From a virus, in IMG/VR virus record IMGVR_UViG_3300032298_001311, positions 32,001-96,000 of that record: 64,000 bases of DNA; one strand, written 5' to 3'. Shown one piece after another: positions 45,680 to 56,193 of this stretch (position 1 is the first letter of the stretch; each line of letters begins with the position of its first letter). A program made the translations under genes and the position numbers. Under the pieces are notes generated by a model. The model had not been told where the DNA came from. It did no database searches and saw only the letters and a list, made by a program, of their open reading frames with translations.

Positions 45680-45871
45680 TTAATCTTCTTGATTGTCTGT
45701 TTTACCAGAGATTGATTTCATTAAGTCGAGATCATAATCAATTAGTCTTGCTAGTGCTTTTACAGCATTTTCCTGACTCACACCACCGGCGATCTTATCT
45801 TTAGACCACATTACATATTTGATTAGTGCGTTAATATCGTATGCGTTGGTATCTTCTAACTTGCCTGTCAT
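45680..45871 (-). CDS. Hypothetical protein
   Basis: GAGG RBS; follows the tmRNA. Confidence 0.45.
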   Translation of the reverse strand: MTGKLEDTNAYDINALIKYVMWSKDKIAGGVSQENAVKALARLIDYDLDLMKSISGKTDNQED

Positions 45872-45885
45872 ATCATACCTCTGTA

Positions 45886-46207
45886 AGTTGCCAGATTCTG
45901 TTTCTAGGCTCTGGCGGGCCCAATGATCATGCTGCTAGAGCAATCTCAGAAGCAACGAAGTTATCGTTTGCATTTATTAATTTTATTGCGTTAACCGAGC
46001 TTTCGCCGGACCATCTACTTCAATCTTTATACGCCTGTCGATCCTTTTTCTGGCCCATCATAAACAGATAACACTCTCCATACCTTCTCGGTGATCAAGC
46101 CGAGGCCTACTTCGTTGAGCCTGCGTCCAGTTGTTATCTGTTTATGGTGGACCAGCCGGGTACCGCCCCCGGGTCCAAATCGTTTTATTACATTGACATC
46201 AACAATG
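45886..46207 (-). ncRNA. ssrA: Two-piece (circularly permuted) tmRNA; tag (A)ANDNFVASEIALAA; outer ends approximate
   Basis: Acceptor piece GGACCCGGGGGCGGTACCCGGCTGGTCCACCA (CCA end at 46145) precedes coding piece GGGCCAG...GGATCGAC (G1 at 46056); acceptor stem has G3-U70 and A73; tag ORF 45927-45971; terminal GCCAGA/TCTGGC pseudoknot stem. Confidence 0.93.
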
Positions 46208-46240
46208 ATGAATTATTTATAGCAGTATATTAAAAATAAG

Positions 46241-48112
46241 TCAACCTTTACGGTTAACAAGCCCAGACTCACATCCTGAAGCAGATGCTGAACTTGCTGC
46301 TCCACCTTTGCAACTTTCTTCAAATTTTAAATGTAACCATCCTGTTTTGAACTGATTCATTTGAACTGTTACAGGTAAATTTTTCCTAGCCCAATCGGCT
46401 ATTTCCATTAATTTAGTAGGATTTGCAGGAAAGGCAACATCTACTACTTTTCCTTTAGCATGTTCACCACTCTCTCTATAACCACTAATAATAGAAATCA
46501 TAGGATATGCTTCTTTTAAAGGCTCTAATACATTTATAGCAACAGATGATAGATTTTTAATGACCTCATCTACTTCGGAGCCGCCTTTTCCTTTATTAAT
46601 TCTATGACTACCACCTTCAACCGCTGTACCTACAAGTTGCCATAAATCAAAATTTGGTGAAAGTGGCTGAGCATAATTAATATCTCTAAATCCCTTTGCA
46701 TTTTTCCCGTCATTAGGAGGTTGTTTTATTTTACATCCACCACCGCCACCACCACTATCTTGATTTCCACCCGATTGATCACTTCCAGGAACCTTTTCAG
46801 GTGCAGCATTGAATACTTGTTCAATTAAATTAGGTGCTGCTCCTTGTATTACAGGTGCAATTTGAGGAATAAGATTTTGTAAATTTCCAGGTAACATGTT
46901 AGTTAATTGAGAAACATTAAAAAGTCCCTGTGCAACATCGGCAGGTATAAATTGGTTTAATCCAGACAATAACATGCCGGCTGGGTTTGATAAATTCGAT
47001 GGTAAAATAGGAATAGAAGGAATAGCATTTCCTCCCATTGCAGCATTAACAATTGATCCCATAGGGTTTCTAGCAAATGTATTTGCTACACCAGTTATAT
47101 TAGCAGGAATAAAATTATTTAATCCAGTACTGTTTAAAGCTAACGAAACTGCTTGACTTAACGAATTTTGATCTAAAGGTATACCTGAATTTCTAGAAGA
47201 TCCGATAGATGTCTGTAAAACAGACAAGAATTGCGAAACACTTCCAGCATTCATAGTTTGATTATTCATTACTCCGGAAGTTATAGAAGATAGTTGTTGT
47301 AATGCTTGTTGTGGTATACCAATTGACGGTAATATAGAACGTAAAGCATTATTAGCAACGTAGCTAATAGCGTTTCCACCAACCATATTCATTAAACCAT
47401 TTAAATTAAATGCAGTTACATTAGGAACTCCGGTTAAAAGATTTGGAGGTATAAATGATTTTAATCCTGTAGGTAAATTATTCATAAAATTGCCTAATAT
47501 TTCATTAGGTATATTTTGAAGTAATTGTTCCATAGCTGGCATTTGTGTAGATATATTTTTAGCTACAGCACCAAGTGATGGTACAAGATCATCTGGTAAA
47601 CTACCCGGGTCTGCCATATCACCACATCCTGAACTTCCTCCTTCGCTATCCATACTTTTTACACCTAAATGTTTCATAGGTTGATGTTTATTACCTTTTT
47701 TAATTCTTTCAATAGCTTTTCTAGGTTCTTTAAGTTCCTTTTTCTTTTTATATTGTCCCTGTTGTCTTTCAGTTTCTTCGGTATCTGGTTGTGCAGGTTC
47801 TGCTTTCTCTTCGGAAGGCTTGCTATCTCCTTCTTGTCCACCGCCTGATTCGGGAGTTTGTCCAAATCCTTCTGGTGGTGGTTCGACTTTATTAGGCCAT
47901 TTTCCTCCACTGATCGGTGGATAAACAGCATTTGGATTAAAAGGAACCAATCTACCGAATCCATTTGCACTAGTATTAGCATTTGTAAATGATCCACTAG
48001 ATCCAGAAAAACCTGACGAATTAATTGGTTGATTATTAATCCATGATGACGGAGATGATGAAGTTGTTGCTCCTGTAGTAGCAAAAGTTCTTACTCCAAA
48101 TACTCCAGCCAT
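46241..48112 (-). CDS. Virion protein with C-terminal peptidase M15-like domain (baseplate hub-like)
   Basis: Low-complexity N-terminal/central part; LSPNFDL, ISGYR, H..G..VD, WLH. Confidence 0.6.
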   Translation of the reverse strand: MAGVFGVRTFATTGATTSSSPSSWINNQPINSSGFSGSSGSFTNANTSANGFGRLVPFNPNAVYPPISGGKWPNKVEPPPEGFGQTPESGGGQEGDSKPSEEKAEPAQPDTEETERQQGQYKKKKELKEPRKAIERIKKGNKHQPMKHLGVKSMDSEGGSSGCGDMADPGSLPDDLVPSLGAVAKNISTQMPAMEQLLQNIPNEILGNFMNNLPTGLKSFIPPNLLTGVPNVTAFNLNGLMNMVGGNAISYVANNALRSILPSIGIPQQALQQLSSITSGVMNNQTMNAGSVSQFLSVLQTSIGSSRNSGIPLDQNSLSQAVSLALNSTGLNNFIPANITGVANTFARNPMGSIVNAAMGGNAIPSIPILPSNLSNPAGMLLSGLNQFIPADVAQGLFNVSQLTNMLPGNLQNLIPQIAPVIQGAAPNLIEQVFNAAPEKVPGSDQSGGNQDSGGGGGGCKIKQPPNDGKNAKGFRDINYAQPLSPNFDLWQLVGTAVEGGSHRINKGKGGSEVDEVIKNLSSVAINVLEPLKEAYPMISIISGYRESGEHAKGKVVDVAFPANPTKLMEIADWARKNLPVTVQMNQFKTGWLHLKFEESCKGGAASSASASGCESGLVNRKG

Positions 48113-48128
48113 TTACTTACTCCTTTTA

Positions 48129-49826
48129 TTATTTAACAGTTCTTCCTGGTATAAAAGTTCCTGGTTGCGGATTTAATATATAAGGTGTACCTCTAGCTAT
48201 TTCGTCAGGTTTTCTAAAATAAGTATTTCCACGATTTGATGAACTTGTCTGCCCCATTGCAATAGAATTTGGATCATTTGCAGCATCTTGGTGAGCGGTA
48301 CTACTAGAACTCATAATATATTGGGAAGATCTAAAACTAGTAGCACCTAATGTAGGGTCTTCTAGTTGACCATTAACTAATCCGCTTATGATACTTTTCG
48401 CTTCTGAAAGTTGAGCATCTGATAGATTTGCTGCTCTGCGGCCAGAATAACCAACATATTGTTGTGGAGCCCTCGCTACTTCTGCCATATTTTTTCCACC
48501 AGGCCAGTTACCTTGTTGAGCTCTATTAATGATATTTGAGGCAACAGCAACTCTTCCCATAAAGCTACTTCCAGCTTCTCCGTACATAGCTGACGCAACA
48601 TCTCTCATAATTGCATCATTTCCCAATTGTGATTTTAAAGCGGGGTCAACAGTTCTAAAGGTTCCTTCAGGAGAAAGTTGGCTAGGTACTTGATCATAAT
48701 TGTATATTGTTTTATTATCAGGAAATCTTCCTAAAGGTGTACTATCCGGTGCTGCGCCGCCGCCTCCAGTTCCTGGTGCAGGTGTAGAACCTGCAGGTAC
48801 ATTATTAATTTTTCCTGCTCTAAATCCTTCAACCTGTTGCATAGCATCAATCATTTGTTGCTGTTGATTAGGTGTTAGAGATGACATAGGAGTGCTTGCT
48901 GGAACACCTAACGCTCCTGCAACTTCTGAAATATATCTAGCTGTATTATTTTCTCTCGGAGGTGCCCATAATGTTATAGCGCCTGCAATTGTTTTGGAAT
49001 TATATAATGAAGTGTCAAACAATCTTGCTCGCATTGCTTCTCTTCCTGCATTATAACTAGGAAAAACAGCAAACCTACCGTCAGTACCTATTGCTCCTTT
49101 ACTTTTTGAGAAATCACCATATTCCATATTTCCTGGATTATGGTTTCTCCAATTTCTATCACCAGTTCTTTTTTGAACTGAACCATCATTCATCTTAAGA
49201 GTTGTAGTTCCCGGACCAGCTTCTAAAACTTCTACGGCAAAATTTTCTGAATTAGCAGGAGGTATAGTATCTTCAGTAGGAGTATTGATAGGATTCTTTG
49301 GAGTTTGATCTAAAGAAGCAGGAGGATTGGGGTCAGGATTAGTGCTATTATATGGATTCATTGGTGTGTTCCCATAATTAAGAGCATCTGAAATTGTTTG
49401 AGCAGCAGCTTGAGCATATTGGTTTAAAGGAGCGCCGCCGCCTCCTCCTCCTCCGCCTCCGGATTGTTGTTCTTCGTCTTCTTCGGCTTTTCCTTTAACT
49501 TTAGCACCAAGAAGATGTGCCATTTCTTCTGTTTTTGCTTTAAGGTATTCTTTTTTGTTTTTTGCGCCTTTAGGAACTTTAAAAGTAAGTTTATATTCTA
49601 ATGCTTCATTAATATCACCATCGTGATTTTTATTAGCTTTTGATTGAAGTATTTTCTTACGACTATCTAACTTACGATATTTTTTGTCTCTCTTACCTTT
49701 TTCTTCGGCAGGATTTCCTTCAGAATATCTTTTAGTGTTATCGGTCATTTGGGGATGTTTATCCGGATCTTCTGCTGAAAGAGAACCCGTACCTCCACCT
49801 GGAAGTGTACCTGTTACTGATGTCAT
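48129..49826 (-). CDS. Virion-associated protein with two peptidoglycan hydrolase domains
   Basis: RNHNPGN...FAVF...WAPPRENNT..Y lysozyme-like domain; MYGEA..MGRVAVA..IINR SleB/Hydrolase_2-like domain. Confidence 0.7.
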   Translation of the reverse strand: MTSVTGTLPGGGTGSLSAEDPDKHPQMTDNTKRYSEGNPAEEKGKRDKKYRKLDSRKKILQSKANKNHDGDINEALEYKLTFKVPKGAKNKKEYLKAKTEEMAHLLGAKVKGKAEEDEEQQSGGGGGGGGGAPLNQYAQAAAQTISDALNYGNTPMNPYNSTNPDPNPPASLDQTPKNPINTPTEDTIPPANSENFAVEVLEAGPGTTTLKMNDGSVQKRTGDRNWRNHNPGNMEYGDFSKSKGAIGTDGRFAVFPSYNAGREAMRARLFDTSLYNSKTIAGAITLWAPPRENNTARYISEVAGALGVPASTPMSSLTPNQQQQMIDAMQQVEGFRAGKINNVPAGSTPAPGTGGGGAAPDSTPLGRFPDNKTIYNYDQVPSQLSPEGTFRTVDPALKSQLGNDAIMRDVASAMYGEAGSSFMGRVAVASNIINRAQQGNWPGGKNMAEVARAPQQYVGYSGRRAANLSDAQLSEAKSIISGLVNGQLEDPTLGATSFRSSQYIMSSSSTAHQDAANDPNSIAMGQTSSSNRGNTYFRKPDEIARGTPYILNPQPGTFIPGRTVK

Positions 49827-49849
49827 AACAATATTTATTGGAAATTAAT

Positions 49850-50164
49850 TTAAATTAGTTTACCAAAATCACTGCTAGTTGCTGGTTGTATTCCAGATGT
49901 TCCTTTAATATATTGATTAGCTGTTGTTTTTTCTGTTTTAGCCATTACAATAACAACATTTTTAGGAAAACTTATTTCTCCTTCAATGTCTGCGGTTAAA
50001 AGAAGAGGAGTCATTGCTGGACCTTGCTGACTTATTGATAAAACTAAAGGTTTGCTTACCTTATAGAAGGAATCGTCAACGGAAACTAATTTTGTGATAA
50101 TTTCCTCACCTGTTATTAATTTAATAGTAACAACGTCGTTTGGTTTAAATGTTTGTACAAGCAT
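49850..50164 (-). CDS. Sm-like domain protein
   Basis: VVTIKLITGEEIITKL...KPL pattern of T4-like phage Sm-like proteins. Confidence 0.55.
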   Translation of the reverse strand: MLVQTFKPNDVVTIKLITGEEIITKLVSVDDSFYKVSKPLVLSISQQGPAMTPLLLTADIEGEISFPKNVVIVMAKTEKTTANQYIKGTSGIQPATSSDFGKLI

Positions 50165-50433
50165 TATACGAATCCTCTTAATTCATTTAATTCAATTTGT
50201 TCTTTTAATACCGCTGGATCTTGATTTTTCAATCCTTCGTATCCGCCAGGAACAAAAACGTCTCCATTAAGATATAATTGTGGAACACTTTTATGTCCAG
50301 CTTCTTTAATCATGTTTAAAGAAACATCGTCTTGTGTTACATCAACGACTTCGTATTCTATCTTATTTGAATCAAGCCAACTCTTTGCAAGTTCACAATG
50401 AGGGCAATTTGGTTTTGAATAAACTGTTAGCAT
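50164..50433 (-). CDS. Glutaredoxin (NrdH/NrdC-like)
   Basis: CPHC, SVPQ, GGY; follows nrdB. Confidence 0.92.
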   Translation of the reverse strand: MLTVYSKPNCPHCELAKSWLDSNKIEYEVVDVTQDDVSLNMIKEAGHKSVPQLYLNGDVFVPGGYEGLKNQDPAVLKEQIELNELRGFV

Positions 50434-50441
50434 ATAAACTC

Positions 50442-51554
50442 CTATAGTGAAAAACCTTTAAAACTTTCTTCGTCAACGTCTTGCTTTACTCCACCAACAA
50501 TGTAACTGGTAATTTCTGTTTCTTGTGGTGCAACTTGCACCTCTGCACCTGATATCCATTTTTGTGTCCACGGTAATGGATTGCTTCCGCCTTTATACTT
50601 TGTAGGTAATCCAATAGCAGTCATACGCTTATTGGCAATCCATTCAACATAGTCACAAAGTAGTTGCTTGTTAAGACCAATCATAGATCCATCCTTAAAG
50701 AGATATTCTGCCCACTTCTTTTCTTGTTCAACAGCATCGTCAAATAGTTTAACACATTCTGCTTCACATTCAATAGCAATTTGAGCATAATCTGGATCAT
50801 CCTTTGGAAGTAACTTTAATAAAGTCTGTGTTCCAGCAAGATGAATATTCTCATCTCGAGCAATGAACTTAATAATCTTAGCATTGCCTTCCATCTTCTT
50901 AACTTCAGCAAATGCCCACGAACAAGCAAATGAAACATAGAAGCGAATACCTTCAAGAATATTAACACTCATTATGGCCATCCATAATGCTCTTTTGTGT
51001 GAATAATTTGGAGGTTCGTCGAAACAATTATCTCGTTCCCTAGGACTCATATTATTAAGACATATTAATTGATCATAATATTTGCTAATATCTGTAGCAC
51101 AATCAGCTATTTCCTTAACATCTAACATTTCATCAAAAACCTTAGATGGGTTAGGATAAATGTTTCTAATGATATGTGTATAACTTCGACTATGGATAGT
51201 CTCAAAGAATGTCCAAGTATTGATCCAAGTTTCTAGTTCAGGTAAACTACAGATAGGTCCAAAGGCTAATGTTGGAGCACGACCTTGAACACTATCAAGT
51301 AGGATTTGTCTCTTTAAATTACTAGTGAAAATATGTTGCTCATGATCTGTTAGATCTTTGAAATCTTTTGCATCACGGAGAATATCAACTTCGTGAGGTA
51401 ACCAAAAGAAAGATAGCTGCTTTTCGGTTAATTTTTCAAACTGACGATACTTCATAGTATCATAACGCTGTAAAGTCACCCCACCATTAGTATCAAGAAA
51501 TGCCAAAGACTCTGTATGGTTGGCACGATTATTGCTATCAAAAACTGAATTCAT
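50442..51554 (-). CDS. nrdB: Ribonucleotide reductase class Ia beta subunit
   Basis: FFWLPHEV, LLDSVQGR, ETIHSRSYT, LEGIRFY, RDENIH, APQETEI..Y. Confidence 0.97.
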   Translation of the reverse strand: MNSVFDSNNRANHTESLAFLDTNGGVTLQRYDTMKYRQFEKLTEKQLSFFWLPHEVDILRDAKDFKDLTDHEQHIFTSNLKRQILLDSVQGRAPTLAFGPICSLPELETWINTWTFFETIHSRSYTHIIRNIYPNPSKVFDEMLDVKEIADCATDISKYYDQLICLNNMSPRERDNCFDEPPNYSHKRALWMAIMSVNILEGIRFYVSFACSWAFAEVKKMEGNAKIIKFIARDENIHLAGTQTLLKLLPKDDPDYAQIAIECEAECVKLFDDAVEQEKKWAEYLFKDGSMIGLNKQLLCDYVEWIANKRMTAIGLPTKYKGGSNPLPWTQKWISGAEVQVAPQETEITSYIVGGVKQDVDEESFKGFSL

Positions 51555-51568
51555 CTTTTTCTTATTCC

Positions 51569-53878
51569 TTATATTTTACAACTTTCGCAATCTTCTTCGA
51601 TGAGTTCAGCCTGTTGCGAATCTGGTAACTCTTCCCCCACGAGCTTATTAACATTTAGCTCGCCTTGTCCGTCATACGAATTAAAATAATATAACTGTTT
51701 TCCACCTAATTTGTAAAACATTAAGACATGTTGGAGCATAACGCTCATTGGAATTTTTTCATCTGCAAAGAATTGTGGATTATAACTTGTATTGACACTA
51801 ATACCTTGATCGATATATTTTTGCAAGATAGCACAAATTTTTAGATATCCTTCTGGACTTTGTTGATCCCAAAGCAATTCGTACTTATTCTTAAGACGAC
51901 GATACTCCGGAACGACTTGCTTTAGAACACCATGCTTGCTCTGTTTAATTGAAATATATGAACGAGGCGGCTCTATACCATTTGTTGCATTAGCAATCTG
52001 TGCCGATGTCTCAGCAGGCATTAGAGCCATAAGTGTAGCATTTCTGATTCCGTGTGTTTTTAATTCTTCTCTTAATTTTTCCCAAGGCATACGTTCAATG
52101 TAAGGTACTAATTCATCAATATCTTTTTTGCGTGTATCGATAGGTACAATGCCCTTTGCATACTTTGTATCTTCTGGCTTACCACATGTGCCTTGCTCTT
52201 TGGCGAGGTCGACGCTGGCTTTAATTAGATAATAACTCCATGCTTCTGCATATTCGTCAATTTTTACCAATGCATCTGTATCAGAATAACTTAAATCATT
52301 CTTAGCAAGCCAATAAGCGAGATTAATAATACCAACACCAAGTGGACGATATTCTTTAGTTGCTATATCAGCAGCCTTAACAGGATAACTTTGATAACTC
52401 AACAGAGCATCGAGTCCTCTTACTGCTAATGCACAAGGTTTTTCAAAATCTTCTGGGTCTCTAATATTTCCCCAGTTGATGGCACTCAATGTACATAATG
52501 CAATACGACCATCTTCGTCGAAAATATTGGTTAGTGGTTTTGTTGGTAAATCAATTTCACAGCAAAGATTACTTTGTTTAATTGGAGCAACCTTTTCATC
52601 AAACGAACTGTGTGTATTTGCATTATCAACATTCATAAGATAGATACGTCCTGTATCTTTTCTTTCTTTCATAAATGCTGAAAATAAATCGATAGCTTTA
52701 ACTTTCTTCTTACGAAGCTTTGAATTAGACTCTGCTTTTTCATACAGTTCAGCAAATTTATTTTGATCACTAAAAAACGCTTCGAACATATCAGGTACGT
52801 CATTAGGACTAAACAAAGTTATATCACCTCCCTTTATCAATCGTTGATAGAACAGTCTACTAAACTGTACCCCGTAGTCCATATGACGCACCCTATTGTC
52901 CTCGATGCCCTTACTGTTTTTAAGGACAAGGAGATCTTCAACTTCGTAATGCCATATTGGATAATACAATGTGGCCGCACCATTACGAACTCCTCCTTGC
53001 GAACAGCTTCTAACTGCCGCTTGGAACATTTTGTAGAAAGGTATAACACCTGTGTGACTTGTGTCACCGTTACGAACTGGAGAGCCTAATGCTCTAATTC
53101 TTCCTGCTCCTAACCCAATGCCTGCTTTCTGCGAAACATACTTTACTATAGCAGAAGTTGTGGCATTGATGCTATCTAAACTATCATCTGTTTCAATTAA
53201 AACGCATGAACTAAACTGACGCTGTGGTGTACGAACACCTGCCATAACAGGTGTAGGCAATGAAATGTCATGTGTAGAAATTGCTTCATAGTATTCTCGG
53301 ATCCAATGCATACGTGTTTCTTTTGGATACGCATGAAATAGTGTAGCAGCGATTAACAAATATGATACTTGGGGAGTTTCGAGTATCTGTCCTGTTACAC
53401 GATTTTGTACAAGATACTTTCCTCGCATTTGTTCCATAGCAACATATGTAAGATCCATGTCTCTTTCATGTTTAATATATGACTCTAATTTAGTCCATTC
53501 ATTTTCTGCATACCAATTAATTAATTCATTTGTATAATAACCTAATTGAACATTTCTTTTTACAAGTTCTAACAATGAAATAGGTTTGTAATCGTTATAA
53601 ACTTCTTTGCGTAATGCATAATTAATGAGTCTACCTGCAACATATTGATAATTAGGTGCTTCTTCAGAAATAAGGTCAGCTGCGGCTTTAATAAGTGTTT
53701 CTTGAATATCTGTAGTCTTTATATTATTATAAAATTGTAATTGTGACTTAATTTCTAATTCACTAGCACTAACTCCAGTTAATCCTTCAGTAGCCCAAAA
53801 GACAACACGATGTATCTTGTCTAGATTTAGATCTTCTTTTCTTCCGTCCCTTTTTATAATTGTTATGCGTGAACTCAT
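51569..53878 (-). CDS. nrdA: Ribonucleotide reductase class Ia alpha subunit with ATP cone
   Basis: IKRDG ATP cone, PTPVMAG, FSSCVL, SNLCCEI, MPAETS, C-terminal CESC. Confidence 0.98.
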   Translation of the reverse strand: MSSRITIIKRDGRKEDLNLDKIHRVVFWATEGLTGVSASELEIKSQLQFYNNIKTTDIQETLIKAAADLISEEAPNYQYVAGRLINYALRKEVYNDYKPISLLELVKRNVQLGYYTNELINWYAENEWTKLESYIKHERDMDLTYVAMEQMRGKYLVQNRVTGQILETPQVSYLLIAATLFHAYPKETRMHWIREYYEAISTHDISLPTPVMAGVRTPQRQFSSCVLIETDDSLDSINATTSAIVKYVSQKAGIGLGAGRIRALGSPVRNGDTSHTGVIPFYKMFQAAVRSCSQGGVRNGAATLYYPIWHYEVEDLLVLKNSKGIEDNRVRHMDYGVQFSRLFYQRLIKGGDITLFSPNDVPDMFEAFFSDQNKFAELYEKAESNSKLRKKKVKAIDLFSAFMKERKDTGRIYLMNVDNANTHSSFDEKVAPIKQSNLCCEIDLPTKPLTNIFDEDGRIALCTLSAINWGNIRDPEDFEKPCALAVRGLDALLSYQSYPVKAADIATKEYRPLGVGIINLAYWLAKNDLSYSDTDALVKIDEYAEAWSYYLIKASVDLAKEQGTCGKPEDTKYAKGIVPIDTRKKDIDELVPYIERMPWEKLREELKTHGIRNATLMALMPAETSAQIANATNGIEPPRSYISIKQSKHGVLKQVVPEYRRLKNKYELLWDQQSPEGYLKICAILQKYIDQGISVNTSYNPQFFADEKIPMSVMLQHVLMFYKLGGKQLYYFNSYDGQGELNVNKLVGEELPDSQQAELIEEDCESCKI

Positions 53879-54071
53879 GGTTATATCCTTATTCAGAAGC
53901 TATTTTTAATTTTATGAACTGCTCGTCGAAACAAGTCGAATATTTATGAGAGTGGTGGACGGGATATTCTAGTAGTATATTTCTCTGTCTCAAAGTGATA
54001 AATTGTCTCATAATACCTATTATACTAATTCGATATGCATTTGTATAGTATTAATTACCTTAAGGCAACCA

Positions 54072-54503
54072 TTATGAGTAATTTTTCAACATAGGATAAG
54101 ATGCTTGTATTATTATATCTAAAGGTAGTTCTTCTTGTAATATAGCACGGTTGTAAAAATAGCCAATTACATGATCGTCTACAAATAACAAATATCGTAA
54201 TTCGTGTGCTTCTCGATCGTTTACTATTTGTATTTCAAAATAACTATCTTTGAATCTATCAGTTAAAGAAAGTGTGTAGTATATTGCAAGAATTTTTGAA
54301 AATTCACAATAATGATTATCTTCAATTAATGTCCAAGGGTCGAGCCAGGATGTTTGATTAAACGGGTCACAGGATAATGCACTGATTGGCGCTTTATTCC
54401 AAAAGTCTATAGTTGCTTGAATAGGATCAAAATGATCTTCGAGATTCTTTCGAAATTCAAACCAATAACTAAGTCTAGTTTCAAACTTCTCAAAGAAAAT
54501 CAT
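54072..54503 (-). CDS. Hypothetical protein
   Basis: 143-aa ORF following the structural gene. Confidence 0.5.
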   Translation of the reverse strand: MIFFEKFETRLSYWFEFRKNLEDHFDPIQATIDFWNKAPISALSCDPFNQTSWLDPWTLIEDNHYCEFSKILAIYYTLSLTDRFKDSYFEIQIVNDREAHELRYLLFVDDHVIGYFYNRAILQEELPLDIIIQASYPMLKNYS

Positions 54504-54512
54504 TAATATAAA

Positions 54513-56165
54513 CTAAGTTCCTTTTGCTAAAGCACGGTAAGAATAACTCATAACACCAACGCCGTTTCCTGTAGGATTCCATAATTTAAGCACTAATGTT
54601 TCTTTATATCCGTCACCGTCGTAGTCTTGTAAAGCAGATGAAAATTCTATATTTTCAACTGTAGTGCTTCCGCTGTAGGTGTAATTATCTTCTAAATGAT
54701 ATTTATTAGTGTATAAATTAGCAGTTATATGAATAGTTCCTGTTCTTACAGATGAACCTCCACTATTTTTGTGAATAATATATTCAATAATATATATAGA
54801 AGATTCGTGAATTGGAAAACGGAAAAATTCTATTGGAACACTAGGTGTAGTTTCTAAAGGTCTAGTAAATGATGTAGGATCTATAACAAGTCCGCTAGTT
54901 CTAATATTAGAATAAAATGGAATAAGGCCAAAATTTGTTTGGTCTCTTAATTTATCATTCCTTTCAAAAAAATCATTACTACTTTGATTATTAGGAGTAT
55001 CATATCTTATAATTGGATATGTAGCACTTGCATGTCCTTCGTTATTATTTCCTACAAGCATAAATTTATTATTTGAGCTAGTATTCCCAAAACCAATTTT
55101 TATATATATTCCATAACGATCAATTAAATCAAAGTAACAGCTATCAACTTTTGTATTTACAGCACCAAATACAGAATTATCAATATCTCCTGATTGAATA
55201 CCATCATATAATTGATAAAATTGACAATTTTGAAAACTTATATCATTATGATCTGTATCGGAGAAAAATCCAAATCCTGTCTTATTAAAAATACAAGATA
55301 AAAATTGTACATTTTCGGATCTATGAATACCTGAAGTTCCTCTAGCATATATCCCTGTTTGCATTTCTACATCAATGGGAGAAGTTCCTTTTGGTTGAAT
55401 TCCGTTAACCCAAGATCCTAAAAACTTTACTTGATTGAAAATTGAGCTATCAGTATTATCTAAAAGAACAATAGTATCACTATGATCTGTTTGTAATGTT
55501 AATTTTTCAATAGTTATAAATCTAGGACGTGACTCGGTATAAGACATACTTTCAAATGGTGTATAAACTCCAGGAGTGCTTACGCCATCAACCATACGCA
55601 TTAAAGATCCATATGATCCTGTCCCTGTTAAATGTATAATTGTACTATCGATTCCAGCCCCCATTATATGACAATAAGGAGGAATTTTTAATTCTTCCGA
55701 AATAAAATATTCACCAGGACCAAAATATAGTATAACTCTAGTATCTGGATTTCTATTAGCAACATTCAAATATAATTGGTCAATTGCCCTTTGTATATCT
55801 TCAGTGACATCATCTCCTCTTTCTACACTCTTTTCATATATAAAGGATTTAATATCTACTCTTTCATCAAATCTTTGTTGTAATGTTCTTTGTACAGGTT
55901 GTAGATCTGTTGGACCAGTCTTAATAATGTAATTATTTCTTTGATATTGGTAAGCCTCTGCAAAATCTAAAATATTTACATGTTCTGTAAGGATTTGTGT
56001 ATTACCAACGTATGGAGCACCCTCGGAAACTGATCCATTTCCTATATAAAGTTCTTGAGTATCTATAGCCCAGCCTATTTCGCCACTAGCTAACTGTGGA
56101 AATCCTGTAGCAGAATCTTTTCTACCTCTACGTTGCTGAATGCGTGAAATCTGGACGACAGCCAT
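54513..56165 (-). CDS. Virion structural protein with hyaluronidase/Mtd-like N-terminus and beta-helix domain
   Basis: QRRG...LASGEIG.A.DT.ELYIG; D.TE.IQRAID, LYFGPGEYFI pectate-lyase-like start. Confidence 0.65.
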   Translation of the reverse strand: MAVVQISRIQQRRGRKDSATGFPQLASGEIGWAIDTQELYIGNGSVSEGAPYVGNTQILTEHVNILDFAEAYQYQRNNYIIKTGPTDLQPVQRTLQQRFDERVDIKSFIYEKSVERGDDVTEDIQRAIDQLYLNVANRNPDTRVILYFGPGEYFISEELKIPPYCHIMGAGIDSTIIHLTGTGSYGSLMRMVDGVSTPGVYTPFESMSYTESRPRFITIEKLTLQTDHSDTIVLLDNTDSSIFNQVKFLGSWVNGIQPKGTSPIDVEMQTGIYARGTSGIHRSENVQFLSCIFNKTGFGFFSDTDHNDISFQNCQFYQLYDGIQSGDIDNSVFGAVNTKVDSCYFDLIDRYGIYIKIGFGNTSSNNKFMLVGNNNEGHASATYPIIRYDTPNNQSSNDFFERNDKLRDQTNFGLIPFYSNIRTSGLVIDPTSFTRPLETTPSVPIEFFRFPIHESSIYIIEYIIHKNSGGSSVRTGTIHITANLYTNKYHLEDNYTYSGSTTVENIEFSSALQDYDGDGYKETLVLKLWNPTGNGVGVMSYSYRALAKGT

Positions 56166-56193
56166 ATATAATACTCCGAAGTGTTTTATATAT

